Origin: Anaerolineae bacterium
Lineage (GTDB): Bacteria; Chloroflexota; Anaerolineae; B4-G1; SLSP01
Reading direction: 5' to 3'
DNA: 57,794 nt
Assembly: GCA_026991395.1 (NCBI GenBank)
Contig: JALXBP010000073.1
Coordinates: 1 to 57,794, forward strand
Shown here: positions 46,867 through 56,700 of the stretch, one piece after another
Position numbering within the stretch: position 1 is the first letter of the stretch
Layout of the letters: every line of letters begins with the position of its first letter
Program-made: the position numbers and the translations under genes
Notes under the pieces: model-generated
Database searches by the model: none
What the model saw: only the letters and a program-made list of their open reading frames with translations
Told to the model about the DNA's origin: nothing

Positions 46867-48327
46867 GTAGCCGTTGATTACCCAGATGGCCAGCCGCGGC
46901 GTGATCGTTGCTTCGATGATCGCGGCGATGAGCAGGAGAGGGGCGATCAGGGCGGCGAAGAGCTTGACGAAGTGCCCCAACTCGCGCCCCAGGCCGATGA
47001 AGCCGCCTCCTTCGTGTGCCGGGGAGAGGAGGATCAGCCCCAGCCGCAGGCTCTGTGCCGTGGCGATGATGATCGCCGTCATCTCGAAAGGCCCGTGCGG
47101 TGCGAGCATGGCAGGCACGGCGGCGGGCATGCCCCAGTGCAGCGTCAGGAGCAGCGCGTAGCCGACGACGGCGGTAACGCCCATCACCATCAGTTGGAAG
47201 ACTATCCCAAGGGTGAAGATGGAGAGAAAGGCCCCGAGCAACACGGCCCCTGCATTACGGGTGAAGAGCGTCAGCGGCGAGAGAGGGGGGAGGAGGGGGA
47301 TATCCACGGCTCCCTGAGTGATCTGCTCCATCGTCAGGGGTTGGGAAAGGAGGGGGACGGCCGTGCGCGGCAGCGGGAAACGCCAGAAGCCCCAGAGTGC
47401 GATGAGCAGCCCCCCGCCGATGACGACGAGCGTAACGGTCAACTCGGCGCGCAGCACGCGGATCAGGGCAGGTATCTCCTCGCCGTAGAGCGCGCGCAGC
47501 GAGCCGGGCCACCTCAGCCCCTCCAGGAAGGCGCGGCCAAAGGCCCCGAAATCCAGGAAATCCAGTTCGCGCCCCAGCAGGTACTCGCGGTCGAACATCC
47601 GCAGGCCGATGCGCACGAAGAGCAGTGTTGCGACGAAGAGAAAGAGCGCGATCAGCCACAGGGCGGTGAAATCGGCGAAGAGCAGCAGTCCCGCTTCCCA
47701 CTGGAGCACGAGGGACATCGGGATGATGATGAAGCTGGCCAGGAGGTTGGCGGCGCGGACGCTCGTCGATTGGGCGGAGATGATCACAGCGACGGCGACC
47801 ATCACCAGAGCCTGCGTCGTCGCCAGGACAAAGGCCACGGCGAGCAGGTGGAGCGAGGGCCACCAGTGCAGCTTGAGGCCCAGCAGGAGGATGTAGAAGA
47901 GCATCCCCACATAGCTGGCGACCACCGGCGGGAGCGTTGCGGCGATGAGCTTGCCCACGTAGAGCTGTCCATCGGTCAGAGGTGTGGCGAGCAGCGGCTC
48001 TAGGCTGCGCCGTTCCTTTTCGCCGACGAAGGTCTCCAGGGCGATGACGAGGGAGAAGGTGCTGGGGAAGAAGCCAACGACGAGGATGAGGAAGGGGAAG
48101 AACCGCTCCATAATCAGCGCCGCCCCGTACTTGTTGAAGAACTTCAGTCCCTCCGCTGCGACGAACTCGGCGATGAAGGGGAAGGCCAGAACGAGCGTGG
48201 TGATCGGTGCGACGATGCGCCAATCGCGCAGGGTATCGACGATCTCGCGGCGGACGATGAGCGCGATGCCGCGCCACGTCTCTCGCCAGGCTGCGCGCCC
48301 GGCTTCGAGGTGTCGTCCTCGCTTCAC
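46855..48327 (-). CDS. ABC-2 permease fused to SpoIIM-like domain
   Basis: FVGEKERRSLEPLLATP..GK; C-terminal PHGPFE..AAIIEATITP; GTGA overlap with the ATPase stop. Confidence 0.88.
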   Translation of the reverse strand: MKRGRHLEAGRAAWRETWRGIALIVRREIVDTLRDWRIVAPITTLVLAFPFIAEFVAAEGLKFFNKYGAALIMERFFPFLILVVGFFPSTFSLVIALETFVGEKERRSLEPLLATPLTDGQLYVGKLIAATLPPVVASYVGMLFYILLLGLKLHWWPSLHLLAVAFVLATTQALVMVAVAVIISAQSTSVRAANLLASFIIIPMSLVLQWEAGLLLFADFTALWLIALFLFVATLLFVRIGLRMFDREYLLGRELDFLDFGAFGRAFLEGLRWPGSLRALYGEEIPALIRVLRAELTVTLVVIGGGLLIALWGFWRFPLPRTAVPLLSQPLTMEQITQGAVDIPLLPPLSPLTLFTRNAGAVLLGAFLSIFTLGIVFQLMVMGVTAVVGYALLLTLHWGMPAAVPAMLAPHGPFEMTAIIIATAQSLRLGLILLSPAHEGGGFIGLGRELGHFVKLFAALIAPLLLIAAIIEATITPRLAIWVINGYLFR

Positions 48328-49265
48328 GATGCCACCTCCAGCGTCGTTGCGCCCTGAACCACGCGCAGGTAGAGTGATTCCAGGCTTTGCTGCTCCTCGA
48401 CCAGCATATCGACCTCCCATCCGTCGCGGAGGAGAGCGCGCAGCACGTCGGCGTTGCGCACGCCCTCCGCTTTGCGAAAGCGAACCCAGCGACGTCCGTA
48501 ATCGAGGACCTCGCCGAAGGCATCGAGCCTGGCCAGCAGCGCCGGGTCGATCCTCCCCGCGACTTGCAGCCGCAAGGGGGGCGGGCCGAGGTAGCGCTCC
48601 TTCAGCGCGGCGGGCGAGCCTTGTGCCAGGATGCGGCCTTTCCCGATGATGGCGATGCGGTCGGCCAGTTCCTCCGCTTCCGGCAGGTTGTGGGTGCAGA
48701 TGAGGACGGCGCGATGGCCATCGCGCAGGCTGTGAATGGCATCGCGCACCAGTCGGGCGCTTTCGGGGTCCATCGCCGAGGTCGGCTCATCGAGGAGGAG
48801 GACTGGCGGTTCGTGGAGCAGGGTGCGTATCAGCGCGATCTTCTGGCGCATGCCTTTGGAGTAGGTTCCCAGCCTTCGGGCAAGCGCCTCGCGCATCTTG
48901 AAACGCTCCGCCAGGGCGTCGATGCGCTGCTGCAGGCGCGATGATTCCACGCCCCGTACCTCGCCGAAGAAGGTGAGGTATTCCCGTCCGGTCATCCGCA
49001 GGTAGAGGCCGGGGGCCTCGGTGAGCACGCCGACGCGGCGACGAACCTCGCGCGGCTCTCTCACCGTGTCGTATCCCGCAACCCGCGCCCGGCCTGCCGT
49101 GGGGCGAAGCATGGCCGAGAGCATCCGGACGGTTGTCGTTTTCCCCGCGCCGTTGGGGCCGAGCAGGGCCATCACCTCGCCCGCCTTCACCTCCAGCGAG
49201 AGATGATCGACGGCGGTCAGCCCGTCGAACCGCTTGGTCAAGCCTTGGAGCACGATCATCGTCAT
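48324..49265 (-). CDS. ABC transporter ATP-binding protein
   Basis: GPNGAGKTT, YSKGMRQK, LLLDEPT, CTH. Confidence 0.95.
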   Translation of the reverse strand: MTMIVLQGLTKRFDGLTAVDHLSLEVKAGEVMALLGPNGAGKTTTVRMLSAMLRPTAGRARVAGYDTVREPREVRRRVGVLTEAPGLYLRMTGREYLTFFGEVRGVESSRLQQRIDALAERFKMREALARRLGTYSKGMRQKIALIRTLLHEPPVLLLDEPTSAMDPESARLVRDAIHSLRDGHRAVLICTHNLPEAEELADRIAIIGKGRILAQGSPAALKERYLGPPPLRLQVAGRIDPALLARLDAFGEVLDYGRRWVRFRKAEGVRNADVLRALLRDGWEVDMLVEEQQSLESLYLRVVQGATTLEVAS

Positions 49266-49396
49266 CTTCCTCGAAAGTTAGTCTGTTCATACCGATTATA
49301 ACGCAGCCGGAGCCGTTGTCAGGGAGCGGATATCGGCGTCGGCTCCCGGAAGCGCATGCCGCGTGCTCGCCTCCTCCTCTTGCACGAGCGCGGGGC

Positions 49397-49515
49397 TTGC
49401 CACAGCCCGCCTTCTGTGGTATGCTAAGTACGGTGAATCGATGATGGCGTGGCCGGCATTCGGGCCGACCGCGGGCGATGAGGTAATTTGCAAAATCAAA
49501 ACTTATGTTTATAAT
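49397..49515 (+). promoter_or_regulatory. Two tandem sigma70-type promoters
   Basis: TTGCCA-17-TATGCT (49397-49425) and TTGCAA-16-TATAAT (49488-49515). Confidence 0.55.
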
Positions 49516-49550
49516 GTCCACTGTAACCGGTTAGATGAAAGGGGGAGATT

Positions 49551-50321
49551 ATGGCATTCGAGGTTTTCGACAACGGTGTGCATCGGATCATTCGCTTCGA
49601 TGATTTGGCGGGCGAAGGCGATGTACAGGCAAATCAGTATCTGCTCATCCGCGGAGGGCGTGCCATCGTGCTGGAGCCGGGAGGCAACCGGATGTTCTCC
49701 AGCCTCATTGCGGCCATCTCCTCCTATGTGCCCCCGCAGAAGATCGACTACATTATCGTTTCCCACCAGGACCCGGACGTGGCAGCCGGGTTGAACGGTT
49801 ATCTGCTGGTTACGGACGCGAAGTTCGTGATGCCCGCGATTTGGGAGCGATTCATCCCGACCTTCTGCTCCAAAGGCATTGCCCAGTCGCGCATCGTCCC
49901 TGTGCCGGACAAGGGGATGCGCTTCTCGTGGCAGGGGGTGGATTTCATCATCCTCCCGGCCCATTTCCTGCACTCATCCGGCAACATCCACGTCTATGAT
50001 CCTGTCTCCCATTCGCTTTTTAGCAGCGACTTGGGCGCGGCGATCTTCCCGCCGGAGGTGGAGGAGTATCCCGTCGTGCAGGACTTCGATGAGCACGTGA
50101 AGTATATGGAGGCGTTCCACAAGCGTTATATGCCCTCCAAGGCGGCATGCCGCGCCTGGGCGCGGATGGTGTGGGAGATGGACATCGAGCGCATCATCCC
50201 GCAGCACGGGGCTATCTTCGAGGGGCGCGAGATGGTCAAGCGGTTCATCGACTGGGTAGCGACGATGGATTGCGGCGTCGAGTTGATGGTGAAGGCGGGG
50301 GTTTTCGCCGTTCCGGAGTAA
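49551..50321 (+). CDS. MBL-fold di-iron protein (ODP-like / FprA N-domain-like)
   Basis: QANQYLL, SHQDPD, PAHFLHSSGN, LFSSDLGAA, FHKRYMPS, IIPQHG. Confidence 0.88.
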   Translation: MAFEVFDNGVHRIIRFDDLAGEGDVQANQYLLIRGGRAIVLEPGGNRMFSSLIAAISSYVPPQKIDYIIVSHQDPDVAAGLNGYLLVTDAKFVMPAIWERFIPTFCSKGIAQSRIVPVPDKGMRFSWQGVDFIILPAHFLHSSGNIHVYDPVSHSLFSSDLGAAIFPPEVEEYPVVQDFDEHVKYMEAFHKRYMPSKAACRAWARMVWEMDIERIIPQHGAIFEGREMVKRFIDWVATMDCGVELMVKAGVFAVPE

Positions 50322-50334
50322 GGCGAGATGATGC

Positions 50335-50367
50335 AAGGCGCAAGGCTGCTCTGCCTTGCGCCTTTTT
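50335..50367 (+). terminator. Rho-independent terminator
   Basis: AAGGCGCAAGGC..GCCTTGCGCCTT followed by TTT. Confidence 0.8.
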
Positions 50368-50521
50368 GCTGCCCGCTGCATCCCTCGAGCCGCGCGAACG
50401 CTCTCTGTGGCGATGCCCGGCGATGTGTGTACAATGTGCAGCGTAGCGAATGCCGTCGTGGCGTTCGTCGATGTACCTTCACATCTCCGCAGACCATATC
50501 TGAAGAAAGGAGCATAGCTGT

Positions 50522-51841
50522 ATGGAGAAGATTCGGGTTATCATTATGGGGGCCGCCGGGCGCGACTTCCACAACTTCAACACCTACTTCCGCGACAATC
50601 CCCGTTACGAGGTCGTTGCCTTCACGGCGACGCAGATCCCGAACATCGAGGGACGGCGCTATCCCCCGGCGCTGGCCGGCGACCTCTATCCTCAAGGCAT
50701 CCCGATCTATCCTGAAGCGGAACTGCCGGAGCTGATCGAGCGCTTCGAGGTCGGCCAGGTGGTCTTCGCTTACTCCGACGTTTCGCACGAGTACGTGATG
50801 CATCGCGCTTCCCTCGTCAACGCCGCCGGTGCCGACTTCCGGCTGATGGGCGGCGGGAATACGATGCTCGAGAGCAGCAAGCCGGTCGTCGCCGTCTGCG
50901 CCGTGCGCACCGGCTCCGGCAAGTCGCAGACGACGCGCTACGTCTGCGACCTGCTGCAGGCGATGGGGAAGAAGGTGGTCGCTGTGCGCCACCCGATGCC
51001 CTACGGCGATCTGGTCAAGCAGCGGGTGCAGCGCTTCGCGACGTATGCCGATCTCGATCGTTACGAGTGCACCATCGAGGAGCGCGAGGAATACGAACCG
51101 CACATCGACCGGGGGATCGTCGTCTACGCCGGGGTGGACTACGAGGCCATCCTCCGCGAGGCGGAAAAGGAGGCCGATGTCATCGTCTGGGACGGCGGGA
51201 ACAACGATCTCCCCTTCTACAAGCCCGACCTCTGGATCACCGTCGTCGATCCGCACCGCCCCGGCCACGAGGTGCGTTACTATCCGGGCGAGGCCAACCT
51301 CCGCGCCGCCGATGTGGTGGTCATCAACAAGATCGATACCGCCGATTATGAAGCCATCCGCACCGTGCAGGCGAATATCGCCCGTGTCAACCCCGATGCG
51401 GTGGTCATTCAGGCCGCCTCGCCGATCTTCGTCGAGGACCCGGCGGGGCTTCGCGGCAAGCGCGTCCTCGTCATCGAGGATGGCCCGACGCTCACCCACG
51501 GCGAGATGAGCTACGGGGCAGGCTACATCGCGGCGCAGCGTTTCGGCGCGGCGGAGATCGTCGATCCGCGCCCCTACGCGGTCGATTCCATCGCCGCGAC
51601 CTACGCCAAGTACCCCAAGACCGGCCCCGTCCTCCCTGCGATGGGCTACGGCGAGGCACAGATCCGCGATCTCGAAGAGACGATCAACCGCGTGCCCTGC
51701 GATCTGGTGATCGTCGGCACCCCCATCGACCTGAGGCGGCTCCTCAAGGTGCGGCATCCGATGGACCGCGTGCGCTACGAGTTGCAGGTCATCGGCCAGC
51801 CGACGTTGCGCTCGGTCATCGAGGACAGGTTCGGCGCGTAA
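50522..51841 (+). CDS. Cyclic 2,3-diphosphoglycerate synthetase-like P-loop protein
   Basis: GAAGRDFHNFN, RTGSGKS, RHPMPYG, EEREEYEPH, WDGGNND, EDGPTLTHG. Confidence 0.87.
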   Translation: MEKIRVIIMGAAGRDFHNFNTYFRDNPRYEVVAFTATQIPNIEGRRYPPALAGDLYPQGIPIYPEAELPELIERFEVGQVVFAYSDVSHEYVMHRASLVNAAGADFRLMGGGNTMLESSKPVVAVCAVRTGSGKSQTTRYVCDLLQAMGKKVVAVRHPMPYGDLVKQRVQRFATYADLDRYECTIEEREEYEPHIDRGIVVYAGVDYEAILREAEKEADVIVWDGGNNDLPFYKPDLWITVVDPHRPGHEVRYYPGEANLRAADVVVINKIDTADYEAIRTVQANIARVNPDAVVIQAASPIFVEDPAGLRGKRVLVIEDGPTLTHGEMSYGAGYIAAQRFGAAEIVDPRPYAVDSIAATYAKYPKTGPVLPAMGYGEAQIRDLEETINRVPCDLVIVGTPIDLRRLLKVRHPMDRVRYELQVIGQPTLRSVIEDRFGA

Positions 51842-51855
51842 GTGCCCTTGCAGCG

Positions 51856-51885
51856 ACAAGCCCCCGCCGCGTGGCGGGGGCTTGT
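51856..51885. terminator. Hairpin between convergent genes
   Basis: ACAAGCCCCCGCC-GCGT-GGCGGGGGCTTGT. Confidence 0.7.
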
Positions 51886-51897
51886 GCGTGATGCGGC

Positions 51898-54720
51898 TCA
51901 TCGTCGCCAGCGCATATCCTTGAGCATAGCCTGGCTGAAATCATCCAGCGTTCTGGATTTGTCGTGCATCGCCCAGCGGTCGCCCTTCCAGCGGTAGAGG
52001 AGCACGCCCCAGATCTGCTGAGCGTAAGGGGCATTGTTCCAGCGGTCGATCTCCTCGTAAACGGCCCGTATCCAGCCGCTGTTGGCGTCGATCCACCCCT
52101 GGCAGTCGGCACGATCGCAGGCGGGGGCGCAGACGTGGCGGCAGACGTGGTTGGTCTCCGTGATGAGCACGGGCAGGTTCTTCCATTTGGCCGGGATGCG
52201 CTCGATGAAGAGCCGGTAGGTCTGGAAGTCGAAGTAGTGGTCGGCCATAAAGGGATCGTCGAAGGTGCGCAGCCAGGTGATGGCCTCGATGGAAGGGCCG
52301 TGCGTGTAGGCGTGGAGGACGAAGCCGTCGAGTGCCTCGATGTGATCGAGCATCGTCTGGAAGTAGTCCAGCGGGCGGTAGCGGCGGTAGCCGAGCCTGG
52401 GCATCGGCTGGGAGTTGTAGGGATCGATGGCCCCCGGGACGACGACGGCCTGCGGAAGGACGGCCTTGATGGCGCGATAGGCCAGGTTGAACGCCTGGGC
52501 GTAGAGTTCCGGCGTAATGTGCTCGTGAATGCCGCCTGCATCGCCGGGGTGCTCGCTCGGATTGTTCTGCTCGTTGCCGATCTGGATGATCCAGGTGTAG
52601 TAGCTCTGATCGATCTCCTCGTGCTTGAGGTACAGTTCCACCCAGCGGGCGCAGGTCTGCGCGAAAGCCTCGTAGTCGCGGGATTCGGGGAGCGTGCCGG
52701 AGGGATGGTAGCCGTTGTTTAGGCGCACGACGACACCGTAGCCCGCGTGCCGTGCCCAGTCCCAGAGCCGGTCGCGCAGCGCCTGCCGGAAGCCGATGTT
52801 TGGATTGTGCCCGATGCCTTCCGTGAAGAGAACCCAGCCCTTGCGCCCGCGTGCCTCGAAGAGGTGCCGCAGCCTGCGCCGATCCTCGTCGCTATCGTCG
52901 CCGATGCTCGCCGCGTGCATGCCGAAGAGCCACGCCGAGGTGCCGAAGGCCAGGCGGGCATCGTCCACCTTCTCGCGTCGGTCTTCGGCGGCGGGACGGG
53001 TGAGCGAATCGCCGCGGACATAGCCCTCCTTGTGCGAGGGCGTGCGCACGTGGAGCCAGAGGCCTGCCTGTCCTACCTTGGCTGCGGTGATGTGATCGTT
53101 CTCCAAAGTCTCGACGACCGTGTCGTTCGGTACCCACCAGATTTCCGTCCCGTTGGGGGCATCGTAGAGATGCAGGCGTCCGTCCGTGCCGTTGGCGACG
53201 AGGTAATGCACCCCCTCCGCCGCGGCTTCGACGTGGCGGCGGAGGTACCAGGCGGCGGCATACCCCTCCTTCCCGTCGGCAAGCCGCACTTTGAGCCACA
53301 TTTGCGGGTGGCCGAGCTTGCGCAGCACCTCTCCTTCGGCCTCTAACGCGGTCAGGACCTCGCCATCCTGTGCACGCGCGATGATCGGCGCGCCGAGGAC
53401 GGGCCGCTGGCGGATGTTGAGATAGCCGACGACGGGGCTGTCCACCTCGACGAGCATCCCTTCGACTGTCTCGGCGTGGGGATCGCTATCTGTAACGTAC
53501 CACGCCGCAACCCAGACGATGGGGCCGTTCGGTTCGATGCGCACGCGGTACCACTGCCCGACCTTGCCCAGTTTCTCGCGCGCGTGTGCCGTGTCCTCGA
53601 CGATCTGCAGGCGGCTGCCCTCGGGGATGCGGCCTGCCAGCGTCGCCGCACTGACGGTGGGTTGATCCCGCACGTTCAACTCCGTCGTCGTCCAGACGGT
53701 AACCAGGTGGCCGGGGGGCGGCGTAGGCGGCGGGTCGAGCGGCGGCCAGGGGCCAGGTTGGCTCGCGCTCAGACGGTCGGCCTCGATCCACCCCGGTTCA
53801 TCGCCGACCTGCGCCGGAAGCCATCGCTTGCCGTCGATTTCGCTTCCCTCCACACCTGCCTGGATGGCCGTGCCGTAGACGAAGGCTCGCCGTGCGCTGC
53901 TGCGGTCGCCCGCGATGTGGTAGAAGACCGCGCCGCGCAGGTCGCCGACCCACTGCTGCACCATCTCCGCCCCGATCGGCACACTTCGCACCACCGCGCT
54001 GTAGGAAGGCTCCATCGTCGCCGCCGTGTAGAGACTGAAGAAGGTTACGTTGTAGGGGCGCAGATGATCGAGCCACGCCCGCAGCGTCTCCGCCGTCATT
54101 CGATCGCGCCCGTACTCGTCGTAGTAGGGGCCGATGACGGGATAGATGGGCAGGTTCAGCCCTTGCTGGGCCATCCAGCGGCGGTTTTCCGCGAAGCTCC
54201 ACTGGTCGATGACGACCTCCGGCGGCAGGTGATAGGTACCGTAGGCCATCGGCATCAGCCCGCCGCGGCAGTAAGGCCCCATCTCGTTGAAGGGGATGGA
54301 CGAGTGCAGCGTCAGCGGGGTGGGGAAGGAGCAGAGATAGAGCCGGTCGAGGTCAACGCCCTTGGCAACCAGGGCATTGCCCATCGCGGTGGCCTCGTCG
54401 CGACGGTGGGCACAGCTTCCCTCGGCATCGAAGATGAAGCCCTCGTAGCCGTCGTGGAAGGCGCGGACGACCATCTCCGCTTCGAACTGGGGATCGCCCA
54501 AAGTGGTGAAGCTCCAGGCGAGGGGGACGAGGCCGGCCCTGCGGATGCGCTCGGCGATTTCCGCCGCTCCGTTGATGTAGAAGCCCTCTTTGTTGCGCCA
54601 CGGCCCTTGCCCGACCTTGTAGAGGATGTGGGTGATGCCCATTTGCGGCGCGATGCGCAGGGCCTCGTCCAGCTCCCAAAGACGATAAGCCCACAGACCT
54701 TTGCCCTTCAGGGGATGCAT
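51898..54720 (-). CDS. Multi-SH3b protein with N- and C-terminal glycoside-hydrolase-like domains
   Basis: GAGGAGG RBS before ATG 54720; FIFDAE; SH3b motifs (LNVRDQP..WYRV..WVAAWY; LNIRQRP..WLKVRLADGKEGYAAAWYL); IGNEQN and ITETN. Confidence 0.83.
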   Translation of the reverse strand: MHPLKGKGLWAYRLWELDEALRIAPQMGITHILYKVGQGPWRNKEGFYINGAAEIAERIRRAGLVPLAWSFTTLGDPQFEAEMVVRAFHDGYEGFIFDAEGSCAHRRDEATAMGNALVAKGVDLDRLYLCSFPTPLTLHSSIPFNEMGPYCRGGLMPMAYGTYHLPPEVVIDQWSFAENRRWMAQQGLNLPIYPVIGPYYDEYGRDRMTAETLRAWLDHLRPYNVTFFSLYTAATMEPSYSAVVRSVPIGAEMVQQWVGDLRGAVFYHIAGDRSSARRAFVYGTAIQAGVEGSEIDGKRWLPAQVGDEPGWIEADRLSASQPGPWPPLDPPPTPPPGHLVTVWTTTELNVRDQPTVSAATLAGRIPEGSRLQIVEDTAHAREKLGKVGQWYRVRIEPNGPIVWVAAWYVTDSDPHAETVEGMLVEVDSPVVGYLNIRQRPVLGAPIIARAQDGEVLTALEAEGEVLRKLGHPQMWLKVRLADGKEGYAAAWYLRRHVEAAAEGVHYLVANGTDGRLHLYDAPNGTEIWWVPNDTVVETLENDHITAAKVGQAGLWLHVRTPSHKEGYVRGDSLTRPAAEDRREKVDDARLAFGTSAWLFGMHAASIGDDSDEDRRRLRHLFEARGRKGWVLFTEGIGHNPNIGFRQALRDRLWDWARHAGYGVVVRLNNGYHPSGTLPESRDYEAFAQTCARWVELYLKHEEIDQSYYTWIIQIGNEQNNPSEHPGDAGGIHEHITPELYAQAFNLAYRAIKAVLPQAVVVPGAIDPYNSQPMPRLGYRRYRPLDYFQTMLDHIEALDGFVLHAYTHGPSIEAITWLRTFDDPFMADHYFDFQTYRLFIERIPAKWKNLPVLITETNHVCRHVCAPACDRADCQGWIDANSGWIRAVYEEIDRWNNAPYAQQIWGVLLYRWKGDRWAMHDKSRTLDDFSQAMLKDMRWRR

Positions 54721-54737
54721 AGGAACCTCCTCATATC

Positions 54738-55382
54738 TCAAGGCGATGTCGTTGGACAGGGATGGACGCTTCCTCGGTTGAAGGTGGCGGAACCGCTCAC
54801 CCAAGGACTGTCGGCGACGAAGAAGCGCCACGGCGCGCGGATGGCGGTCTCGTCGCCGCGAACGCCGATCCGCGGCGAGCAGGCGATCGCTTCGTCCGCG
54901 TAGTGTCGGTCGAATTCCACCCAGAGCGTGCTCGTCTCGCTGCAGAGATCGACCCCGTTGAAGCTGCGGTCGATGCCCAAGGCACGGCAGAGCCGCCCCG
55001 GCCCGCGGGCCAGATTGCGAAGAGGCACGTTGCCGCGCCAGCGCTGCTGTTGTTCGATCCCTTCCACCGGTTCGAGCGCGCGCACGAGGATCGCAGCGGG
55101 GAAGCCCTCCTCTTCCGTGACCAGGTTCAGACAGGTGTGCACGCCGTAGATGAGGTAGACATAGGCGTGTCCGGGCGGACCGAACATAGCGGCATTGCGC
55201 AGCGTCGGCCCCATCCGTGCGTGCGAAGCGCGGTCGTCCTGTCCGATGTAGGCTTCGACTTCGACGATGCGTCCTGAGAGGCGCTGCCCTTCGTGCAGGC
55301 GAACGAGCCGTGCCCCCAAAAGCTCGCGTGCGACTCGGAGGGTGGGACGGTCGAAGAATGTGCGTGGTATCCTGACCGGCAT
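54738..55382 (-). CDS. mpg: DNA-3-methyladenine glycosylase (AAG/MPG family)
   Basis: GRIVEVEAYIG..D.ASHA, YVYLIYG, GPGRLCRALGI, SPRIGV, PWRF. Confidence 0.95.
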   Translation of the reverse strand: MPVRIPRTFFDRPTLRVARELLGARLVRLHEGQRLSGRIVEVEAYIGQDDRASHARMGPTLRNAAMFGPPGHAYVYLIYGVHTCLNLVTEEEGFPAAILVRALEPVEGIEQQQRWRGNVPLRNLARGPGRLCRALGIDRSFNGVDLCSETSTLWVEFDRHYADEAIACSPRIGVRGDETAIRAPWRFFVADSPWVSGSATFNRGSVHPCPTTSP

Positions 55383-55479
55383 AGCCCCCTTTCGATGATG
55401 GCGTCCTTCTCGCCCTCATTGTAGCATAAAGCGTGCGGGAGCGGAAGCCCGGCAGCAAGGCGGCAACGCTTCGCGCTGC

Positions 55480-56700
55480 TCACTTGATGATCATCGTGAA
55501 AGAGGGCTGTGGCAGAATCTCCTTGACGCGGAGTCCCTCCGGCAGGACGACCTGCGGGGCGAGCGTGTACGTTCCCGGCTCGAGGCCGCTGGCGTCCAGG
55601 TAGAGATGGATGGTCGCCGGATCGATCTCGTTGATGCGGTCGAAGGGGCCGGTGATGACCAGTTGGGCGCTTTCCGGTCTGACCGTCGCCGTCAGTCCCG
55701 CGGCCAGTCCGGTGATGACGGGGGTAACCTGGAGGGTGAAGGTGCTCTCCAGCGGTTCGATCATCACCTTGACGAGCACCTTGGGCGTCACGAGCACGGA
55801 AAGCCCCTCCGGCACGTTCAGTTCCGCCGTCGCGCTGATGGGCCGTTGCGCTCCGTCGATGGCGATCGGCTTGGTTTCCAGATAGCCGGAGATGGACTGC
55901 ACGACATCGCGCCGTCCGATGACGGTTACGACCGGCGGCTGTACCTCGATACCCGTTACGGCGTAGCCGGGCGCGGGCTGGCCGGAAAGGACGACGCGGA
56001 CGGCCAGGTCGCGGATGTTGCCCAACTGTTCGATCGGCACCTGCACGGTGATCGCCTCCGGAATGAGCGTCAGGTAGGGGACGGGGTCGCCGTTCTTGTC
56101 CACCGCCGTGGGCTGGAAATCGCCCATAACGCTCTGCCGCTGGTCGGTTACATCGACCGTCACGACGGCGCGAGCGGCCGCCTCCACCTTCGAGCGCGGT
56201 CCGCGGATGAGGACGGTGCGCGGCGTGTAGATGGGAGCGCGGGCGACGAAGCCGAGAACCGGCGCTCCTTCCGTCTGGACGACGACGGGCACCTCCGCCT
56301 CGGCGATCGGTTCGACGTGGAGCGTCAGGCTCTCCGGCGATTTCTGCACCACCTGGATGGGGCGGCGGCGGAACTCGACGTGGACGGGGAGAGTTACGTC
56401 GCCCCCTTCCGGCGGGATGGTGGCGTCGGCGAGATCGACGTAGGGGATAATGTCTTCCTTCTGCAGGACGAGCCACAGGTCGTGCGGTGCGCGGAGCACG
56501 AGCCGCACGCGCACATCCTCCGCCCCGTAGGCCATCATCTCCTCCGGCACGTTGCGGACGTCCACGGGCAGGGCGTAGGGGTAAGGACGCTCCTCGGTGG
56601 GATTTTCCGCCTCCGTCGCCGCCGCCCAGAAGAAGAAGGCGAGCACGATGGAGAGCACGATCGTCAGCGCATTCTCGCGGAGCCAATGGGTGCGCTTCAT
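55480..56700 (-). CDS. cdaR: CdaR/YbbR diadenylate cyclase regulator
   Basis: N-terminal TM (LSIVLAFFFW), repeated YbbR-like domains, ATGA overlap with cdaA. Confidence 0.9.
   Translation of the reverse strand: MKRTHWLRENALTIVLSIVLAFFFWAAATEAENPTEERPYPYALPVDVRNVPEEMMAYGAEDVRVRLVLRAPHDLWLVLQKEDIIPYVDLADATIPPEGGDVTLPVHVEFRRRPIQVVQKSPESLTLHVEPIAEAEVPVVVQTEGAPVLGFVARAPIYTPRTVLIRGPRSKVEAAARAVVTVDVTDQRQSVMGDFQPTAVDKNGDPVPYLTLIPEAITVQVPIEQLGNIRDLAVRVVLSGQPAPGYAVTGIEVQPPVVTVIGRRDVVQSISGYLETKPIAIDGAQRPISATAELNVPEGLSVLVTPKVLVKVMIEPLESTFTLQVTPVITGLAAGLTATVRPESAQLVITGPFDRINEIDPATIHLYLDASGLEPGTYTLAPQVVLPEGLRVKEILPQPSFTMIIK

Noticed and set aside
54721-55458. N-terminal extension giving a 1186-aa SH3 protein
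   Set aside because: Overlaps mpg in another frame; a strong RBS supports ATG 54720. The same logic trims the extensions at 13718, 24999, 36354, 40409, 43311 and 48420.
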